This document shows positions 31,855-37,296 of a stretch of 37,296 nucleotides of DNA, piece by piece (the first letter of the stretch is position 1; every line of letters begins with the position of its first letter). The DNA lies in assembly GCA_001724265.1 (NCBI GenBank), contig MEDY01000310.1:1-37296 (forward strand), in the 5' to 3' direction. The notes beneath the pieces are model-generated. The model searched no databases and was not told the origin of the DNA. It saw only the letters and a list, made by a program, of their open reading frames with translations. A program made the position numbers and the translations under genes. This DNA is from Rhizaria sp. SCN 62-66 (lineage: Eukaryota).

Positions 31855-34800
31855 ATGGATGCATATGGCGTTCCTGCCCTCCAGTTTGGTACGTTTTTAT
31901 CGAGAACCCCGACGCTCTTTACTTTGAAATGCATTGCCAAGTGCTCCCAGCTTACCATTCGACCTTCTTATGCTCCCACTTCTCTATCCACATGCAGGCC
32001 GCTTTGATCTGCGCCTGACTGGTACTGTAAAGACTGGCGCGCTGATGGTTCTCCCGTCTAGCAAGCGCTCCAAGCGCCAGAAGTTTCTCTATGGCGACGG
32101 CGCGGGCTCACTGGGCTGCTACGTGATGAGCGACACGGACAACCAGATGACTGAGCTGTGGAAGCTTCCCCTGGCCGGGAACAAGCCCGCGACGTCCCTC
32201 GCACTCGGCGGCCTGCGCGACCCGAAGGACCAGGTTTACGTCTCGAGCGAGAAGACCATCACGGGCGTGAAGAAGACCGGCAAGGAGTTTTTCCGCTTCC
32301 CGACGTTACTGTTGACTGCGATCACGCAGCTGCGCGTGCACAACATGTCGCTCTTCGCCGTCACCGAGTGCACCTACACGCGCTTCACCGAGACCAAGGA
32401 GTCCGAGGTCTTTACCGCCAGCGACCGCATTACTGTTCTGCAGCCGCTAGTGGGCCGCTACGTGCGTCCCGCGGCGAACCCGGCCGCCCAGGCGACGGTG
32501 TTCCCGCAGGTGCGGCTCTACCCCTCGGTGCTCAGCACGCCCGAGTCGCTCGCGCCCACCGTCCTGCTCGCCACGGCGGACCGCTACGTGTACATGGTGC
32601 GCGAGGGCAGGGCGCTGGCGCAGGCGCGGCTGCCCGCGGCCGCGGCGTGCGTGTGCGAGGTGCCTGCGCCCGCGGGCGTGGTTCCAGGCCCCCGCGACGG
32701 GGCCGGCAAGGAGGACACAGACGCCTCGCAGACCACGCGCTACATCGTCTTCGGTAAGCTTTTTTTCTTTGATAATAGTCGCTTTGTTATTATATTTTAA
32801 GCTCTTGTTTTGTATTTTGCTGATTTTGCTGATCGTTCTGCTTCTCTTCCTTCGTCGTTCACTGTTTCTGCTGTTCTCTCTCTCGCAGGCACGACCGAGG
32901 GCCACCTGGGCCTGCTCGTCGCCGACGTCGCCGCGGGCACCCTCACAGTGGGCCCCGTGGTGTTCCTGCACCGACCCACGGCGGCGGCGCTGAGCTCCGC
33001 CGCCGCGCGCTCCGCGGACGCCGTCTTTGACAGCCTCGTCGCGCTCAACGCAGACGCCGACCCCGGCGCTGACGAACGCGGCAAACCCCGTTCACACCGT
33101 CACGGCGGCGCCACCACCAGCAGCGGCGGCAGTGGCGCGGGCGCGGGTGTAGGCCGCACTGCCGAGTCCCTGACGGACGCCATCACGGGACTCGCGGTGG
33201 CCGACATCACCGACGCGGCCAGCGCGCTGGAGCTCGTGGTTGCGACCGCGAGCGGCGTCATCCAGGTGCTCTCGCTGTCGCCGCAGACGGCGTTCGTGGC
33301 CACCGTTGAGGCCGACGCCAGGGTTACCGCGGCCGCCGAGACTAACAGCGCAGACGCCGTCTCTGCCGCTGCGGCCGCTACTGCCTGTGGCTCCGCGTCC
33401 GTGCTCGCGATCGCGCCGACCTCGGTGCTGTGGCATCGCGCGCTCAACGACCGCGTGACCAACGTCGCCGTGGGCTGTCTGTATGCGCGCGAGCGCCACG
33501 ACATCCTCGTCACGACCTTCTCCGGCAAGCTTCTGCTGTTTTCCACCGACGCTGACTCGAGCGTGGCCAGCCTGCGCGAGGCCGCCAAGGTCGCGCTGGC
33601 CGCCGCCAAGGCCAAGACCAAGGCCAAGATGGCGAGCGACCTGGCGGCGGGCGAGCTGCGCGGCAGCGGCGGCGGGATCGGCTTCGGGATGATGACCCGT
33701 GCGGAGGAAGCCGAGTGGATGGACCAGTACTGCTTCGACACGCTGCGCAGCGACATCGGCTCGCTCAAGCAGATGATCGCTGAGAAGCGCGAGCAGTTTG
33801 CGCGCGCCAATGAGGCCGGGCTCGTCGCCTTTAACACGCCGTTGAACCTGCGCGCGACGCTGACACTCAACGCCGACGCGGGCGTGCACGTGCTCGCCGT
33901 CGAGTCGGAGCTCGTGCTCGACTCGCTCTACATCTACAGCACCGCCAGTGTTTCGTGCACGCCCACGACGACCGCGCCGGAGATGCTGCTGTCGCACACG
34001 CCCGTGCCCACGCAGGGCGGCGGCAGCGGCGCCGCCGTGGGCGGGGCGGGCGCTGCCGGCGCCGCGGGCGGCGGCAACGCGGCGGGCGGCGGCGGCAGCA
34101 GCAGCAGCGCCGGCGGCGGCAACGCGGCCCCGCAGCTGCTGCTGACGGTGAAGCTGGCCCCCAACACGCAGCGCTTTGAGGCGCACGTGCGGACGCTGGA
34201 GCGCGCGGGCGCGGCGGGCGAGCTCACGGTCATGGTGATGCCCAAGATGGAGCCCAAGCGCTCGCAGCGCTTCACGTTCCCCGTGCTCCCGCTTTCGCTG
34301 CACGCGCCGCTCGCGGACCCGGCGACCGGGGAGCCCGTCACGGGCCTCGCCGCGGCCAGCAACGGCGCCAGCGCCAGTGCCAACGCCGGCGCCAGCGCGG
34401 GCGTGAGCACAAGCGCGGTGCTGCTAGCGCCGGCCGTGGAGGCGCGCTTCACCACGGGCCGCGTGAACGTGCTCAGCGTCACTGGCGCGACGCTGTCGAC
34501 GACGCTCACGCACCGCTGGCTGCGCGGGCTGCTTCCGGGCCTGCCCGCCACGCCCGTCTTCGTTGACACCGCGGCCGCGGCGCTCGTCGACGGACGCAAG
34601 CCGATCGCGATGCTGCCGCCCGCGACGCCGCTCTCGGTCGCGGGACTTGTTGACCCCGCGTGCGCGTTCTACCAGGCCACGGACGTGCCTACCGTGCTCG
34701 GTGTCATTTACGGCGCAGGCAAGGCTGTCTTCGTTAGGTATGCTTACAACATTTTGAACAAGAATTTATCGTGTCTATCTTGCTTCAATCATAACCCCTT

Positions 34801-35596
34801 GAATTAAATCTTATTTCACTCTTTTATATTGCGATTTTTCTATTTTTAGCGATTCCGTTGCGACGATCGCTGTTATCAAGGACTTTTTGGCGCAGCAGGC
34901 GACTCTAGAGCGTGTGCGTCTCGCAACCTCTCTTGTCCTCGGTCCCAGTTCACTCTCGCTCTCGCTCTTCCGCGCAAAGCCGCTGCTCTACAAACAGGTT
35001 TGTCTAATCTCGATCTATCTTTATAACATCTGTTGCTTGTCCGCTCGCTGTGCTCTTTCATTAACTCGTACACTCACACACTATGCTACGTCTTTGTTAC
35101 TTTTGTTCTTCAGCTCGAACTGCCCCGTTCCGCGGCGATGGGCCGCGCTCTGGCGGACGCTGTGGCGCAGGATCCGTCCCTGCGCCCGCTGCTCTCCCCG
35201 GACCTGCAGACGTTGCTGCAGGTGGCCGAGTCGCCCGAGGGCGTCGCTGCGCTCGCCGCCGTCGCCGCGCGCACCGCGAAGACTCCCGGCAGCGGCGGCA
35301 GCGCGGGCAGCGGGGCGGCTGGAGGAGGCTACCCTACGCAGGTGCCCGCGCCCGAGGGGGCGAGTGCAGACGAGAAGGTCGCTGCCGTGCGGCCGCTGGC
35401 CTTCCCGGCGCCCAACGCGCCCGACGCGGCGACGCGCGGCAAGGACTGGATCTTGGCCGCCTATGACTCGTGGTTCAAACTCTCGGGACAGGCGCCGCGC
35501 AACAGGGACGCGCTCGGCCGACTGCTCACGCCTGAAGGGTATGACTGGGAAGAGATCGAGCGCGTCTTCAAGGCCGCTGCTGCTACACAGAACTAA
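31855..35596 (+). CDS. BBS7: BBSome subunit BBS7; exons 31855..31888, 31998..32753, 32889..34737, 34850..34997 and 35114..35596
   Basis: Motifs LMVLP...QKFLYGDGAG, GVKKTGKEFFRF, ILVTTFSGK, VRTLE...PKRSQ...LPLSLH, HRWL...LP, SDSVATIAVIKDFLAQQAT and AYDSWFKLSG match BBS7 landmarks. Four canonical introns keep the frame. Stop TAA. Confidence 0.9.
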
Positions 35597-36067
35597 AATC
35601 TTTGTGTGAAAACTGAAACAACAAGCTAGTGCAGCGCACGCATCACTTTATAGGATACACACTCTTTTGAGTTTTTGAGTCGAAGTTTTTTTATGTGTAT
35701 TTGTAAATTTTTTCGGTGCTTTAAAAGATCGCAGGCTAGATTGAGAATTATTAAGCTAAAATACGATGCTTTATCCTTCATTGTTACGCGTCGTCACGAA
35801 ACAAGTACCGGAATTGATTCCCATGCTCGAAGAGTCCTAACCATATTCGCCGCATTTCAGACTTTATGACCCAATCTCACTGTCTTTTTACAGAAAGGAA
35901 TGTTTTTTGCACTAATCAAGAGGCACGAGTCATTCTGTGGTGAAGTATCAAAAACGGTTGTGTTTTTAAACAAGTATTTAGATATTGAATTCACCACAAA
36001 AAAACATCGAAGACACCAGTCTTCCTTTCTTTTTCTGCTTGTTTCACAGTAATAAGTGTATACGATT

Positions 36068-36140
36068 GCCGTCGTAACTCAGTCGGTAGAGTGTTCGGCT
36101 CTTAACCGATTAGCCGCGGGTTCGAGCCCCGCCGGTGGCT
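36068..36140 (+). tRNA. tRNA-Lys (anticodon CTT)
   Basis: 73-nt cloverleaf: acceptor GCCGTCG/CGGTGGC, D-arm ACTC/GAGT, anticodon loop CTCTTAA, T-loop TTCGAGC, followed by a T-run (Pol III terminator). Confidence 0.95.
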
Positions 36141-36205
36141 TTCTTTTTTTGCTTCTTTTCTCAAACGTAAGCAAGTTGTACAAGCATGTACAACAAGCAC
36201 TCCAG

Positions 36206-36278
36206 GTGGCTTTAGCTCAGATGGTAGAGTATGCGCTTAGCATGCGCGGGGCAGGGGGATCAATGCCCCCAAGCTACA
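36206..36278 (+). tRNA. tRNA-Ala (anticodon AGC)
   Basis: Acceptor GTGGCTT/AAGCTAC with G3:U70 and A73, loop TTAGCAT, eukaryotic Ala-type T-loop ATCAATG, downstream T-run. Confidence 0.93.
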
Positions 36279-36342
36279 CATATCTTTTTGTTCGTGCTTG
36301 TTCTGTCACGTAACGAAGTGCAACAACGACGCAATTTGGCAG

Positions 36343-36415
36343 GCCGTCGTAACTCAGTCGGTAGAGTGTTCGGCTCTTAACCGATTAGCCGCGGGTTCGA
36401 GCCCCGCCGGTGGCT
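36343..36415 (+). tRNA. tRNA-Lys (CTT), identical copy
   Basis: Same 73-nt sequence as 36068..36140, followed by a T-run. Confidence 0.95.
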
Positions 36416-36507
36416 CTCTTTTTTGTGTAAGTTCGTTCTGCTCTTACGCTTGTTCGACGAACAAGAACGACAGCGTCAAGTTGTTGATCGAGTTAGTTAA
36501 CAGCAAC

Positions 36508-36580
36508 GTGGCTTTAGCTCATATGGTAGAGTGCGTGCTTTGCAAGCATGAGGCAAGGGGATCGATGCCCCTAAGCTACA
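36508..36580 (+). tRNA. tRNA-Ala (anticodon TGC)
   Basis: Same acceptor stem with G3:U70, anticodon arm CGTGC-TTTGCAA-GCATG, T-loop ATCGATG, T-run. Confidence 0.93.
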
Positions 36581-36639
36581 CATCTCTTTTTGTTCATGTC
36601 ACTGATGTACTTGTTCCTGAGTGTAACACCCTGTCAGCA

Positions 36640-36712
36640 GCCGTCGTAACTCAGTCGGTAGAGTGTTCGGCTCTTAACCGATTAGCCGCGGGTTCGAGCC
36701 CCGCCGGTGGCT
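36640..36712 (+). tRNA. tRNA-Lys (CTT), identical copy
   Basis: Same 73-nt sequence, followed by a T-run. Confidence 0.95.
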
Positions 36713-36839
36713 CTCTTTTTGTTCATGCGTATTATGATGTGATTGCAAGCAACAAGTGGAAGCGTGTTCGATTCGATGTGACGTTCCAACCAAGGTCATG
36801 TCGAGGAGTCTACACGACAAAGCAGGTTGATTGACAGCA

Positions 36840-36912
36840 GTGGCTTTAGCTCAGATGGTAGAGTATGCGCTTAGCATGCGCGGGGCAGGGGGATCAATGC
36901 CCCCAAGCTACA
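36840..36912 (+). tRNA. tRNA-Ala (AGC), identical to 36206..36278
   Basis: Identical cloverleaf, T-run downstream. Confidence 0.93.
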
Positions 36913-36962
36913 TATACCCAATTTTTTTTTGTTAACGCGTTTTTTGGCGGAACTCAGCCAAA

Positions 36963-37041
36963 GCCATCGAACTCAGTCGGTAAAGGAGCTGGCACTAAAC
37001 CATTTTTCGCTGCTGACCGGTTCGAGCCCCTGCCGCTGGCC
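36963..37041 (+). pseudogene. Degenerate tRNA-like sequence (Lys-related A and B boxes) with CTA at the anticodon position
   Basis: GCCATCG...CGCTGGC acceptor-like ends, ACTCAGTCGGTA and GGTTCGAGCCC boxes, TGG-CACTAAA-CCA hairpin and a downstream T-run. Stems are imperfect and there is an internal TTTTT. Confidence 0.5.
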
Positions 37042-37296
37042 CTCTTTTTGATTCAGCATTCTCCGGTGCTTCACGTAACTTCATTTTTGTTCCAAAGACC
37101 TCTTTTACGCTTCATATTAATAAGACTCTTTGCCAGTCCAGTCAAGCGTGACGGCGCTGCGACTAATGTCGACAACATAATCATCATATTTTGTTGTATT
37201 ATATACCCCTGATGTAGAGGTTTATGGAAAACGCAAAAACGCGCCTGGAAGGGGCAGTTTGAAATAGCCATACAACTTTGTCAAACTTCCGTCAAA

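Noticed and set aside
36056-36920. CRISPR-like repeat-spacer pattern and the ORFs overlapping it
   Set aside because: The repeats are 73-nt tRNA cloverleafs in a eukaryotic context with no cas genes.
37131-37185. Possible further decayed tRNA (GCCAGT..., CGAC-TAAT-GTCG hairpin) at the slot of a fourth Ala gene
   Set aside because: No B box or acceptor 3' strand can be found.

Overview
Compact, gene-dense nuclear DNA of an intron-containing, probably flagellate protist (BBS7 is present). Exons are GC-rich and introns are AT/pyrimidine-rich GT-AG (about 110-410 nt). I can model 13 protein genes: XPB (5' partial), NTAQ1, a soluble cytochrome-b5-domain protein, imidazolonepropionase AMDHD1, WDR12/YTM1, an Emi1/DUF3128-like protein, a stand-alone I29 protease-inhibitor protein, TAF7, COMMD1, a TMC channel-like protein, MCM5, a double-JmjC JMJD6-like protein and BBS7. 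An alternating tRNA-Lys/tRNA-Ala array follows them. The main signal is an apparent non-standard nuclear genetic code. Four TAG codons lie in frame inside coding-looking sequence in two unrelated genes (XPB 943 and 1099; JMJD6-like 29539 and 29449). Once these are read through, all 13 genes end in TGA (8) or TAA (5) and none in TAG, which suggests UAG is a sense codon decoupled from UAA. The amino acid cannot be fixed from this window. A degenerate tRNA-like sequence with CTA at the anticodon position ends the tRNA array. All family calls are by motif recognition only; no searches were run.
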